Shown here one piece after another: positions 8,150 to 17,453 of a stretch of DNA of 53,411 bases. Source of the stretch: Syntrophaceae bacterium UBA6255 (GTDB lineage: Bacteria > Desulfobacterota > Syntrophia > Syntrophales > Smithellaceae); the NCBI GenBank assembly GCA_002441205.1, contig DJVN01000133.1, positions 3,900 to 57,310 on the forward strand, in the 5' to 3' direction. Below the pieces are notes generated by a model that ran no database searches, was not told where the DNA came from, and saw only the letters and a list, made by a program, of their open reading frames with translations. Position numbers and translations under genes: made by a program. Position 1 is the stretch's first letter. Every line of letters begins with the position of its first letter.

Positions 8150-8497
8150 ATGAAAGAACAAGCTTACCGGAAAACAGAAAGGATAACGAACAAAAGCAGG
8201 TTTAAAGAAATTTATGATCAGGGGGTATGGAGGAGTTCACAACATTTTACGACCATAACGTGTGTCAATACTCAGGGGATTATAAGGCTCGGAATCACGG
8301 TAACAAAAAAAGTGGGAAACGCGGTAAAAAGAAACAAAATCAAACGATTAATCAGAGAATTCTTTCGACTCAACAAAAATTTGTTTCCCGACAAACATGA
8401 TGTTGTCATCATGGCCAAAAGAAATATGCCTCCTCTGGCTTACCGGCAAATATCTGATGAATTGAAAGAACTCTTCACGCGGAAAAACAATATATAA
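8150..8497 (+). CDS. rnpA: Ribonuclease P protein component
   Basis: Small basic protein immediately after rpmH ('GITVTKKVGNAVKRNKIKRLIREFFR'). The start could be ATG 8150 or GTG 8132. Confidence 0.9.
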   Translation: MKEQAYRKTERITNKSRFKEIYDQGVWRSSQHFTTITCVNTQGIIRLGITVTKKVGNAVKRNKIKRLIREFFRLNKNLFPDKHDVVIMAKRNMPPLAYRQISDELKELFTRKNNI

Positions 8498-8500
8498 GTT

Positions 8501-8728
8501 ATGCTTGCGAAAATTTTGCAAAATTTTTTTATTTTTATAATTCGTTTGTATCAAACCTGCTTGTCCCCTTTCTTTTTTGTTTCATGTTGCCGTTTTTATC
8601 CTTCATGCTCCGAGTATGCTATTGAAGCGATAAAAGTACATGGACCGTTCAAGGGTTCTTTCATGGGCATGAAAAGAATTCTGCGCTGTCATCCCCTGCA
8701 TCCTGGCGGTTACGATCCCGTCAAGTAA
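8501..8728 (+). CDS. yidD: Membrane protein insertion efficiency factor YidD
   Basis: '[45 protein letters not shown]', located between rnpA and yidC. Confidence 0.9.
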   Translation: MLAKILQNFFIFIIRLYQTCLSPFFFVSCCRFYPSCSEYAIEAIKVHGPFKGSFMGMKRILRCHPLHPGGYDPVK

Positions 8729-8747
8729 AAAAATAGAGAGGTAATCA

Positions 8748-10481
8748 ATGGATAAAAGGACCATTCTGGCCGTCGTCCTGTCACTGGCTGTACTTTTCGC
8801 ATATCAGATTTTTTTCGCCAAGCCGCCTGTGCCGCCAAAGCCTGTTCCCGTTCAGGAAACAGGTCAGGAAAATGCTGACCAGGTTGTCAAACAACCGGAT
8901 AAACCAACGGTTGCGGCGGCAGCTGCAACTACCAAGCCTGTTATTCAAAAAATTGCTGTGAAAAAGGAAGGACAACCCAAGGATATCAGGGTGGAAACGG
9001 AAAATTATATCGCTGTATTTTCCACCAAAGGAGCCGCGCTTAAGTCCTTCCAGCTTAAAAAATATCAAAAAGAGTGTACAAAATGTTTTAGCGATATCTG
9101 GCCTGTTATCAAAAACTTTGTCATGGGCAAAAAGCAGCAGCCTAAAACAAAAAGTAATGCATTGATCGAACTGGTTGCTTTGCAGGAAAATATGCCTTAT
9201 CCACTGGCGCTTACTTTTCCCGAGTCGCAAACCGAGATTACAGCCGATTCCGTATACGATGCTGATGTAACTTTACTGGATATGACAAAAGAAAGGAATC
9301 AGCAGCGTCTTGTTTTTTCCCGCACGTTCAGTGACGGAATGAAAGTGGAAAAGATTTTTACATTTAATCCCGACAACTATTCGATCGAGATGGATGTGAC
9401 ATTATCTAATCTGACCAATGCTCCCATCATACAGATACCGTATCTGAACTGGTATGAATATGTTGATCCGAATGCGGCCGTTGACTCTTACAGCAAGGAA
9501 GGGCCTGTCGCTTATGTGGCCAACTCAATTGAGCGCAAAAGGTCAATGGACATTTCCAGCGAAGAAACCATCGGTCCTGATGTTTCCTGGGGCGGATTTA
9601 CCAGAAAATATTTTATGGCGGTGATTATTCCTCAAAATCCTTCTTTGACCAGCATTAAAATGTCCAGAGACAGCAACAATATGGTTTCCGTAAATATCAA
9701 GGGCGATAAAAATATCATACCGCCGTCGCAATCCGGTTCATTCAAATATAATCTTTTCATCGGTCCGAAAGACTACGCCATGCTCAAAAAGATGGGATTG
9801 TCTCTGGAAGAAGCCATTGAGTTCGAATCATTCATCCCGGGATTAAAATGGCTTTCCATCGGTCTGCTGATGTTCATCCAGTTTCTGCATAAGTTTTTCA
9901 GTAATTACGGCGTGGCCATTATTATGCTGACCATTCTGATTAAGATTGTTTTCTGGCCGCTGGGCAATATCAGCTACAAATCCATGAGAGAAATGCAGAA
10001 AATTCAACCGAAAATAACCGCGCTGAGAGAAAAATACAAAAATGATCAGGCCAAACTGGGACAGGAAACCATGGCGCTCTACAAAGCGCATAAAGTTAAT
10101 CCCTTCGGCGGATGTCTGCCGATCCTGATTCAGATTCCCGTGTTTATCGGCCTTTACAATACGCTTCTGTACGCCATTGAATTGCGCCACTCGCCGCTCT
10201 TCTGGTGGATACAGGACCTGTCGGCCAAAGACCCTTTTTACATTACGCCGATTGTCATGGGCGCGACGCAGTTCATTCAGCAGAAAATGACTCCCACGAT
10301 GGGCGACCCGATGCAGGCAAAAATAATGCTGTTTATGCCCGTTGTGTTCACCTTCATCTTCTTGAATTTTCCATCGGGACTGGTCATTTACTGGTTGCTT
10401 AATAATATTATCAGTATCGGACAGCAGGTTTATATCTATAAAAAATTTGGTGATAAACCAGTTCAAGGGGCAAAGCCTTAA
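8748..10481 (+). CDS. yidC: Membrane protein insertase YidC
   Basis: 577-aa ORF with an N-terminal TM segment, a large periplasmic domain and the conserved C-terminal core ('GCLPILIQIPVFIGLY', 'PSGLVIYWLLNNIISIGQQ'). Confidence 0.95.
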   Translation: MDKRTILAVVLSLAVLFAYQIFFAKPPVPPKPVPVQETGQENADQVVKQPDKPTVAAAAATTKPVIQKIAVKKEGQPKDIRVETENYIAVFSTKGAALKSFQLKKYQKECTKCFSDIWPVIKNFVMGKKQQPKTKSNALIELVALQENMPYPLALTFPESQTEITADSVYDADVTLLDMTKERNQQRLVFSRTFSDGMKVEKIFTFNPDNYSIEMDVTLSNLTNAPIIQIPYLNWYEYVDPNAAVDSYSKEGPVAYVANSIERKRSMDISSEETIGPDVSWGGFTRKYFMAVIIPQNPSLTSIKMSRDSNNMVSVNIKGDKNIIPPSQSGSFKYNLFIGPKDYAMLKKMGLSLEEAIEFESFIPGLKWLSIGLLMFIQFLHKFFSNYGVAIIMLTILIKIVFWPLGNISYKSMREMQKIQPKITALREKYKNDQAKLGQETMALYKAHKVNPFGGCLPILIQIPVFIGLYNTLLYAIELRHSPLFWWIQDLSAKDPFYITPIVMGATQFIQQKMTPTMGDPMQAKIMLFMPVVFTFIFLNFPSGLVIYWLLNNIISIGQQVYIYKKFGDKPVQGAKP

Positions 10482-10553
10482 TATCAACAAAGGATATGCA
10501 TTATTAAAAAATTGCGGTTTGTAAAATTACCCGCCGGATTAAAAGGATTGAAG

Positions 10554-11456
10554 ATGAGTTCTGAATTTATTGAAATAGAAGAAAAAACCATTGATGAAGC
10601 GATTGAGAAGGCATGCCAGGAATTCGGCGTGCCCAGGGAAAAATTAAATATCGAAATTATTTCCGGGGAATCGGGGGGCTTTTTAGGGCTTTTTTCCAAA
10701 AAAGCCAAGATCAGAGCTTCCTTGCTTGCTCTGGATATTGATTTTTCTTTTGCGTATAACCCTCAGGAAAAAAGTGAAGCCATAACAAAATCGGATAATG
10801 CAAGGGGTAAAAGTGAAACAAGACAGGAACCCAGAAAGAAACACGAAAAAGAAATTATAACGGAAAAATATCAGGCTAAAATAGAACCCAAAATCAAGTT
10901 TGAGCCCAAGGTGAAGGCAGAACCCAAAGTTAAGAATGAGCCTGAAGCAGTTGCCTATATTCCGACTTCTTCCCTGGCGATGAAGGCGAGAGATTTATTT
11001 GAAGGCATCTTAAAGAGAATATCTTCTGAATATAGCGTGAACGTCAATGAAACTCAGGAGAAAATCATTCTGGGCATTGAGGGTGATGAAAGCGGTTTAC
11101 TGATAGGCAAACGTGGGCAGAATCTTGACGCTTTTCAGTACATCATGAACAAAGCCATCAACAAGATTGATGGCGAACACAAAATGATTCTGATTGATTC
11201 CGGCGAATACAGAAAAAAAAGAGAAGAATTCCTTCTCGGCCTTGCGGAAAAAATTAAGAAGAAGGTTAAGAAGACCAAAAAACCGGTATCGCTGGCCAAC
11301 ATGAATGCCCATGACCGCCGCATTATCCATCTGGTCATGCAGGAGGATGAATCGCTGGTCACACAGAGCCGTGGTGAAGGCAAATTCAGAAAAATTGTTA
11401 TTCTGCCTGCAAAGACAGGGCAGAGCAGACGCGCCAGAGAGAAGATGAAGGACTGA
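10554..11456 (+). CDS. jag: Jag/KhpB-type RNA-binding protein (Jag_N, KH and R3H domains) with an EPK-rich linker
   Basis: Jag_N-like N-terminus 'FIEIEEKTIDEAIEKACQEFGV', KH 'LLIGKRGQNLDAFQYI', and R3H 'NAHDRRIIHLVMQ'. Synteny with yidC and mnmE supports the call. The start was moved to ATG 10554. Confidence 0.85.
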   Translation: MSSEFIEIEEKTIDEAIEKACQEFGVPREKLNIEIISGESGGFLGLFSKKAKIRASLLALDIDFSFAYNPQEKSEAITKSDNARGKSETRQEPRKKHEKEIITEKYQAKIEPKIKFEPKVKAEPKVKNEPEAVAYIPTSSLAMKARDLFEGILKRISSEYSVNVNETQEKIILGIEGDESGLLIGKRGQNLDAFQYIMNKAINKIDGEHKMILIDSGEYRKKREEFLLGLAEKIKKKVKKTKKPVSLANMNAHDRRIIHLVMQEDESLVTQSRGEGKFRKIVILPAKTGQSRRAREKMKD

Positions 11457-11496
11457 GTTTTATCCTTTTGATCCATAGGAGAGGAAGTGCCCGACT

Positions 11497-12876
11497 GTGC
11501 TTCGCCAGGATACCATAGCAGCCACCGCGACTCCTTTCGGCATGTCCGGAATCGGCATCATCAGAATTAGCGGTCCCGATGCTCTCGCCATTGCGCGCCG
11601 GGTATTCAAACCGTCCGGCGGAAAATGCGCGTGGAAAAGTCATTGTCTCTATCACGGCGACATCGTTTCCGCGGATGGGAAGACCGTTCTGGATGAAGTC
11701 TTGATATCCTTCATGCGCAAACCCCGTTCTTTCACCGGAGAGGATGTTATTGAAATCAACTGTCATGGCAATCCGATCATCCTTCAGGCCATTTTGACAA
11801 ATCTTCAGGAATTGGGTTGCCATCTTGCGCGTCCCGGTGAATTTTCCGAGCGCGCTTTTTTAAATAACCGTCTTGACTTGTCACAGGCGGAAGCGCTTTC
11901 GGCCTTGATTTGCGCCAAATCGGCAAAAGCGTATGCGATGGGACTGACTCAATTAAAAGGGTCGCTCAGCAAAGAAATAGACGACCTGCGTTTACTTCTA
12001 ATAGACGCGCTGGCTATGCTGGAATCTGCCATTGATTTTACCGAAGATGTCTCCGGAGAAAAAATTCCGGACGTGCCGCCTCAGATTAATCAAACGTTGC
12101 ATCGAGTGCAATCCCTTCTTTTATCCTACCGCTCGTCAAGAGCCTACACCGAAGGCATCAGCGTCATCATCACGGGTAAGCCCAACGTGGGGAAATCAAG
12201 CCTGCTAAACGCTTTAACCGGAAGAAAAAAAGCCATTGTCACCGATATTCCGGGAACAACCCGTGATCTGATTACGGATACGATCATCATCGACGGCATT
12301 CCCGTCCATTTAATCGATACCGCCGGAATCAGAGAGCCGCAGAACGCGATTGAAAAAGAGGGAATCAATCTGGTCTGGGAAAGTATCGCCGACGCTGATG
12401 GGTTGATTATCTTGCTGGATATCAGCAAACCGCTGACCGAAGAGGACAGGATAATCATTGATAAAAACAAATCCGCGAATATTATTGCAGCATTGAATAA
12501 AATTGATTTGTCCCGGGCATGGGAAGAAAAAACTGTTAAAAGCCTGTTTCCGGATCATGCGAAAATTCTGGAAATATCGGCAAAGACCGGTGCCGGACTG
12601 GAGGAGTTGAAAAAGACGATTATTCATTTATCCGTCAACGATGAAACCGAAAGCACCGACGGTGCAATCATTACCAATCTGCGTCATAAACTCGCATTGG
12701 AAAAAGCCTGTAAGAATATTGAAAACGCGAAAGAAAGCATTGCGTCCGGAATGTCGGCGGAATTTGCCGCTTTTGATTTGCGCGAAGCGCTGGATAATCT
12801 GGATGAAATCACCGGAAAAAAAATCAACAATGAAATTCTGGATAAAATTTTCTCCAGTTTCTGTATCGGAAAGTAA
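11497..12876 (+). CDS. mnmE: tRNA modification GTPase MnmE
   Basis: 459-aa ORF with a GTG start, G1 motif 'GKPNVGKSS', 'DTAGIRE', and the diagnostic C-terminus 'FCIGK'. Confidence 0.95.
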   Translation: MLRQDTIAATATPFGMSGIGIIRISGPDALAIARRVFKPSGGKCAWKSHCLYHGDIVSADGKTVLDEVLISFMRKPRSFTGEDVIEINCHGNPIILQAILTNLQELGCHLARPGEFSERAFLNNRLDLSQAEALSALICAKSAKAYAMGLTQLKGSLSKEIDDLRLLLIDALAMLESAIDFTEDVSGEKIPDVPPQINQTLHRVQSLLLSYRSSRAYTEGISVIITGKPNVGKSSLLNALTGRKKAIVTDIPGTTRDLITDTIIIDGIPVHLIDTAGIREPQNAIEKEGINLVWESIADADGLIILLDISKPLTEEDRIIIDKNKSANIIAALNKIDLSRAWEEKTVKSLFPDHAKILEISAKTGAGLEELKKTIIHLSVNDETESTDGAIITNLRHKLALEKACKNIENAKESIASGMSAEFAAFDLREALDNLDEITGKKINNEILDKIFSSFCIGK

Positions 12877-12958
12877 ACTTAATTTTTTTCAAGTGCAATC
12901 CTTCAGTCACCAGGGTATTGAAAAAATAAAATTGGTTTAAAAAAATAATTAATTAAAT

Positions 12959-13341
12959 ATGCATGGCATTTTCCCCGACATAGGCATTTCCGTTCTGGCG
13001 GCAACCGCCTTGGGTTTTATCTTTCAGCTGTTCCGCCAGCCGGTTATTCCAGAATATCTTTTTGTTGGCGCGCTTTATCCGGCGCTCTGATTGCTGGCGT
13101 TACGATTTCGACGATTCCCGATATGCTCTTTCGGGGGACCAGCAATAAAGGGTTGGTGACCGCATGCCGTGCTTTGGCGGCGAATGCTTACATTGTCGCT
13201 ACCGCCGATTCAACCGGGCAGATTGATGTCCTGAAAAAAAGTCGAGCGGACGAAGTGCTTCTGCCCTATGCGCTGATTGGAGAGAAGCTGACGAGGTTTG
13301 TCGAGCAGACCTGCCTGACGGCGGATTCCTGCAAGCCCTAA
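12959..13341 (+). pseudogene. Relic of a Kef-type cation:proton antiporter: the first TM helix is joined out of frame to the tail of the RCK/TrkA-N domain
   Basis: A 43-codon ORF at 12959-13090 ('MHGIFPDIGISVLAATALGFIFQLFRQPVIPEYLFVGAL...') resembles a CPA2 N-terminus. The frame containing 13123-13341 ('NAYIVATADSTGQIDVLKKSRADEVLLPYALIGEKLTRFV') resembles the end of an RCK domain. Roughly 500 codons of a normal gene are missing. Confidence 0.55.
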
Positions 13342-13375
13342 GAATCGTTTTGACAGAAAAGAAGAGAACGCACGT

Positions 13376-14332
13376 ATGAAATGGACGGGTAAAAAAGTTG
13401 CTCTGGTGCTGGGTGGAGGAGGGGTTCGTGGCTTCTCTCACATCGGCGTTCTCAACGTTCTGGAAGAGGAAGGTATCGGCATTGACCTGATTGTGGGAAC
13501 CAGCGCCGGCGCTTTGATCGGAGGCGCTTATGCTTCCGGCCAGACACCGGATGAGATCGAGAAAAAAATCGACGCGTATCTGCAAAGCCCGGAGTTTGAC
13601 GACTCCAGGATGAAGTCTATTGGCCTGTCTTTTTCGCAAGAGGAGAAAAATGTTCTCAAGAAAGCGCAGAACTTTATCATGAATCGTGTTCTTTTTGTTC
13701 AGGCCTTTTTCAAGCCATCCATTCTTCCTTCGCATGATTTCCAGTCGCTGATGAACTATTTTCTGCCGGATATTGACATCAAAGAAACGCGAATTTCTCT
13801 CCGTGTGGTTTCCTCGGATCTGATGACCGGCCGGAAAATCGTTTTTTCCGAAGGGCCGCTGCGCAAGGTTGTTCTGGCCAGTTGCGCGGTTCCGGGAGCC
13901 GTCGAGCCGGTTCGTTACGGAGACTGGCTGCTGGCTGACGGCGGCATTACCAGTCTGGTGCCGGTTCACGCCGCACGAGAGGCCGGAGCCGATGTCGTCA
14001 TCGCTGTGACAGTGGATCGCGATATACAGACGAATGTCAGCATTGAAACGGCGAAGGATGTTGTATTACGGGCGGGTGAAATCACGACGAGCGTTCTGGA
14101 AGCATCGGAACTTGCGGACGCGGATGTTGTCATCAGACCGCAGGTGGGCAGTCTGCACTGGATGGATTTCAGACGGGGAACAGACCTGGTCAAGGCGGGC
14201 GAGGATGCCACCCGCGAATCTTTGAAAACGATCACGGATTCTCTTCCCTTTTACCGGCGAATAGCGCGCTTTGCCAGACGGCTTTTCAGGAAAGGAAAGA
14301 AAAAAGTTAATTTACCGCTAAAACTAATTTAA
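13376..14332 (+). CDS. Patatin-like phospholipase (RssA-like)
   Basis: 318-aa ORF with the oxyanion motif 'GGGGVRG', the nucleophile elbow 'GTSAG', and the catalytic Asp in 'ADGG'. Confidence 0.85.
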   Translation: MKWTGKKVALVLGGGGVRGFSHIGVLNVLEEEGIGIDLIVGTSAGALIGGAYASGQTPDEIEKKIDAYLQSPEFDDSRMKSIGLSFSQEEKNVLKKAQNFIMNRVLFVQAFFKPSILPSHDFQSLMNYFLPDIDIKETRISLRVVSSDLMTGRKIVFSEGPLRKVVLASCAVPGAVEPVRYGDWLLADGGITSLVPVHAAREAGADVVIAVTVDRDIQTNVSIETAKDVVLRAGEITTSVLEASELADADVVIRPQVGSLHWMDFRRGTDLVKAGEDATRESLKTITDSLPFYRRIARFARRLFRKGKKKVNLPLKLI

Positions 14333-14405
14333 TAAAAATAATAATGAAAATCCAATACGTAATACAGTGGAAGGGCAGGACGAGAAGTAATAAAAGGGTG
14401 TTAAT

Positions 14406-14759
14406 ATGAAAATTAAGCAATATCCTCTCAAATATTTATTCATAATCTTGTTCATAGCCTGTCTTGCGTTACAGCTCTGGCTGGATTATTCTGCAGTTAT
14501 TGGATTTGAAGCAACAAAGAACTTTCACTTTAATCGTCTGATGATCACGTCAGCGATAACATCTTTGTTAGTCATAGGTATTTGGATTTTATTGGGATAT
14601 GTTGTGTTAAATGTGCTGCTGTTCTTCTGCCGCATTATTAATCCGGTTTTCAACATAAATCGATATATCTTCTTTTCTTTATGGATTGTTTTCTGTACCA
14701 TCCTCTATCTGCTTATAATACCCAGGCCATTGTTTATGGAAATGATAATTACCGGATGA
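14406..14759 (+). CDS. Hypothetical small integral membrane protein (AT-rich ORF)
   Basis: 117-aa ORF with 3-4 hydrophobic segments. No recognisable family. Confidence 0.4.
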   Translation: MKIKQYPLKYLFIILFIACLALQLWLDYSAVIGFEATKNFHFNRLMITSAITSLLVIGIWILLGYVVLNVLLFFCRIINPVFNINRYIFFSLWIVFCTILYLLIIPRPLFMEMIITG

Positions 14760-14963
14760 ATCTGATCTTTGCGAGAGGGAAAGAGGAAAGAAGGACGCTC
14801 TGAAATTGTAAGTTAATATGGAAAAGGACTCATAAAAAATAAGTTTTTTGCATCCTTCTATGCCTTATTATTTAAGAAAGGAAGCCCGTCAGAAAAAATT
14901 CTTCCCTGAAACATCCGTTAATTATTTGATTTTAAACATCATTTTATCAAGGGCATTTAGTTC

Positions 14964-14990
14964 TTGATTTCTGTTTGGGTTTGGTATAGA
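14964..14990 (+). promoter_or_regulatory. Candidate rpsF promoter (TTGATT ... TGgTATAGA, extended -10)
   Basis: TTGATT at 14964-14969, TG at 14982-14983 and TATAGA at 14985-14990. The 15-nt spacer is short, so any function would rely on the extended -10. Confidence 0.3.
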
Positions 14991-15014
14991 AAACGCGCCT
15001 ATTAATTTTTAGGA

Positions 15015-15053
15015 CTCCTTGCCCGTCCAAGCGGGCTTTAGAGCCGAAAGGAG
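15015..15053 (+). promoter_or_regulatory. Putative rpsF 5' leader structure that sequesters the Shine-Dalgarno sequence (S6:S18 autoregulatory-leader-like)
   Basis: ctcctt (15015-15020) is complementary to the SD aaggag (15048-15053). Together they enclose the hairpin gcccg (15021-15025) / cgggc (15032-15036). The TTG start is at 15060. Confidence 0.3.
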
Positions 15054-15059
15054 AAAACA

Positions 15060-15536
15060 TTGCAAAGATATGAAGTTGTGGCTATCGTTCTGGCCGATTT
15101 GAATGAGGACGACATCAACGCGTTGATCGAACGCATCCAAACCATCATCACCGACCGCAAGGGTGCCATTGCCAAAGTTGACAAGTGGGGCAAGCGACAT
15201 CTCGCCTATGAAATCAAAAAACAGAGAGACGGTTATTACTTTCTCATCGATTTTGCCGGCAACGGCGCCATTGTCAATGAAATTGAAAGAAATTGCAAGA
15301 TTGACGACCGCGTCATTAAATTCATGACGGTCAAGAAAGAGGGCGCCACCACCGCCGAAGGCATCGAACAGGAAGCCGCCGCGGCGGAAGCCAAGCGAGC
15401 TCAGGCGAAGGTCGAGGCGGAATCTGCTGCCGCGGAAGGCAAACCTATCAATCAGATAGAAAGAGCGACGCGGGAAGCAAGACCGCGCGTCCGAAAAGAT
15501 TACAACAAAGAAGAAGCTCAAACGAAGGGGGAATAA
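15060..15536 (+). CDS. rpsF: 30S ribosomal protein S6 with a long Ala/Glu/Lys-rich C-terminal tail
   Basis: 'RYEVVAIVLADLNEDD...KVDKWGKRHLAYEIKKQRDGYYFLIDF'. TTG start with an AAAGGAG RBS. Confidence 0.93.
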   Translation: MQRYEVVAIVLADLNEDDINALIERIQTIITDRKGAIAKVDKWGKRHLAYEIKKQRDGYYFLIDFAGNGAIVNEIERNCKIDDRVIKFMTVKKEGATTAEGIEQEAAAAEAKRAQAKVEAESAAAEGKPINQIERATREARPRVRKDYNKEEAQTKGE

Positions 15537-15539
15537 ACT

Positions 15540-15815
15540 ATGGCAATGGAAACACAAAACGGAGACAAACAAGGAAGATATCCCCAGAAGAAGTTTTTTC
15601 ACAGAAAGAAATTCTGCCGGTTCTGCTCGGATTCCAATATAAAGATTGATTATAAAAATACGGCGATTCTCAATAATTTCATAACCGAGAGAGGCAAGAT
15701 TATGCCTCGCCGCATCACCGGCAATTGTGCTTCTCATCAGCGGGAACTGGCGCTGGCCATCAAAAGGGCGCGGCAGATTGCGATTATGCCTTATGTCACG
15801 GGTGACGGCAAATAA
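15540..15815 (+). CDS. rpsR: 30S ribosomal protein S18
   Basis: '[63 protein letters not shown]'. Confidence 0.95.
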   Translation: MAMETQNGDKQGRYPQKKFFHRKKFCRFCSDSNIKIDYKNTAILNNFITERGKIMPRRITGNCASHQRELALAIKRARQIAIMPYVTGDGK

Positions 15816-15909
15816 ATAATTTTTTCTTTGCTGGAGTAAACATCCAGTTTATAAATTTTCCGGGATGTTTTTAAATCTTTAAATCAATTTTGTAAAAATT
15901 TTCCGATAA

Positions 15910-15942
15910 GGTAGCGCCATGGAAATGGCGTTACCTCCTTTT
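15910..15942 (+). terminator. Rho-independent terminator after rpsF-rpsR
   Basis: 11-bp stem ggtagcgccat (15910-15920) / atggcgttacc (15925-15935) with one G-U pair and a GGAA tetraloop, followed by tcctttt. Confidence 0.7.
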
Positions 15943-15979
15943 CACAACATGCGAACAAGTTTTTGTAAGGTGTCAGACA

Positions 15980-16963
15980 TTGAGCCGGTTATCTTCTCTG
16001 AAAAATATCATATTTCCTGCGACTGATCATCCTTTATCCAGACTCCTGCCGGCAATTTTTATCTTTGTTTTCGCCGCTGTTTTTGTCCCTCTCGCCGGGC
16101 CGCTTTTCCTTTTCTTGCTGCCCATGATTTTATTCTTAAACGGCGCCGTCAACGGCACCATGAAAACCTCGGCAATGTTCTTTTTTTCTTTTTCTATGCT
16201 TTTGGTTTTGTCTGTAATTTTGAGCCTGAATGTGCCGGCTATTGCGGTTTTTACCATGGGCATGGCTGGAATATTTATAGCGCAATTCGCGGGTAAAAAT
16301 TTTTCCGCGGAAAAGACAATTGTTTATCCGGCTCTTTTTATCATCGGGGCGGTATGTTTTTATTTTGGCTATGATGCAGTGGTATTGGGGGCCAATCCCT
16401 GGCAGCTCGTGAAAAATTTCATTACTGCGACCATCGCAGAAAGTGTGAAATTTTACAGCCAGATGCCGTTAAAAGTGGAAGATATTCAAATCATCAAAGA
16501 CAATGAAAAAAACATCGTCAGCGGATTTATTCAGATATTTCCTTCAATAATGATCATCTTGTCGATCTTTGCAATCTGGGCAAATGTGCTGCTGGGGAAA
16601 AAATATCTGGGCAGGGCCGGAATAGTTTATCCGAAGTTGGCGACGCTGGCCCGCTGGAAAGTCCCTGATTTCATTGTATGGGTTTTCATCATTTCAGGCG
16701 CGTTTTTGTTTGTGCCGCAAAAAGACATAAATTTCATAAGCTTGAACGTATTTCTGACCGTCTGTTTTATCTATTTTCTGCAAGGTCTTGCCATTGCCAG
16801 TTTTCTGTTTCAGAGTAAAAATGCGCCATTTTTTTTACGTTATCTTTTTTATTTTTTAATTGCAGTTCAACAATTTCTTATGATACCTATAATGGCAATC
16901 GGATTATTTGACATCTGGATTGATTTCCGGAAACTCATTCAAAAAAATCAGACAGCAGATTAA
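15980..16963 (+). CDS. Polytopic membrane protein, DUF2232/YybS-like
   Basis: 327-aa ORF with 8 or more hydrophobic segments. It occupies the position between rpsR and rplI that YybS-type proteins occupy in many bacteria. The family assignment rests on context and architecture only. Confidence 0.55.
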   Translation: MSRLSSLKNIIFPATDHPLSRLLPAIFIFVFAAVFVPLAGPLFLFLLPMILFLNGAVNGTMKTSAMFFFSFSMLLVLSVILSLNVPAIAVFTMGMAGIFIAQFAGKNFSAEKTIVYPALFIIGAVCFYFGYDAVVLGANPWQLVKNFITATIAESVKFYSQMPLKVEDIQIIKDNEKNIVSGFIQIFPSIMIILSIFAIWANVLLGKKYLGRAGIVYPKLATLARWKVPDFIVWVFIISGAFLFVPQKDINFISLNVFLTVCFIYFLQGLAIASFLFQSKNAPFFLRYLFYFLIAVQQFLMIPIMAIGLFDIWIDFRKLIQKNQTAD

Positions 16964-17001
16964 TTTTTTGTTCAATATTTTTTATAAAACGGAGGATTTT
17001 C

Positions 17002-17451
17002 ATGAAAGTTATACTGAAACAAAGCGTGCGCGCTCTGGGCAAGGCCGGAACGGTGGTAAAAGTCAACGACGGATACGCCCGCAATTTTCTGATTCCCAAA
17101 GGGCTGGCCATTGAAGCTGATGAAAAAAACATTAAACTCTTTGAGCATGAAAAAAACAATATACTGAAGAAGGCGGCAAAGGAGCACAAAAACGCTCAGG
17201 ATCTGGCGGATGTTTTATCACGTGAAACCATTACCATAGCACGTAAAGTCGGCGATCAGGATAAGCTGTTCGGCTCGGTGAGCGCCAAGGATATCGAAGC
17301 GGTGCTTAAAGAAAAAGGCTACGATATCAGCCGGAAAATGATTGTTCATGAACACGGCGAACATATTAAAGAACTCGGTGAATACAAGGTAAAAATCAAA
17401 CTGGGTCATGATGTGGAAGCCCAACTTACCCTAAAGGTCGTCGGCGAATAG
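17002..17451 (+). CDS. rplI: 50S ribosomal protein L9
   Basis: 'MKVILKQSVRALGKAGTVVKVNDGYARNFLIPKGLA'. Confidence 0.95.
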   Translation: MKVILKQSVRALGKAGTVVKVNDGYARNFLIPKGLAIEADEKNIKLFEHEKNNILKKAAKEHKNAQDLADVLSRETITIARKVGDQDKLFGSVSAKDIEAVLKEKGYDISRKMIVHEHGEHIKELGEYKVKIKLGHDVEAQLTLKVVGE

Positions 17452-17453
17452 TA

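Noticed and set aside
9843-10490. 215-aa minus-strand ORF inside yidC (also 8781-9230)
   Set aside because: It is antisense to yidC, with no start context or domains.
10878-10945. Short periodic DNA repeats (EPKVK/EPKIK codons) that could be mistaken for a repeat array. Similar K/A/E-rich tracts occur in S6 (about 15350-15530), L25 (about 41890-42020) and the OMP linker (about 19430-19590).
   Set aside because: All are in-frame low-complexity coding linkers or tails within well-supported genes. They are not CRISPR-like or intergenic repeats.
13199-13969. 256-aa minus-strand ORF overlapping the Kef relic and the patatin gene
   Set aside because: It lies antisense to a motif-complete patatin CDS. 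Its translation is Arg/Ser/Gln-rich with no domain or RBS, which is a typical shadow ORF.
13376-14332. Patatin gene as a CBASS (CapV-like) defence effector
   Set aside because: No CD-NTase, E1/E2/JAB or other CBASS component is adjacent. The neighbours are housekeeping genes and a gene relic.
15009-15737. 242-aa minus-strand ORF covering rpsF and rpsR
   Set aside because: It is antisense to two unmistakable ribosomal protein genes and has a low-complexity, Phe/Arg-rich product. I treat it as spurious.
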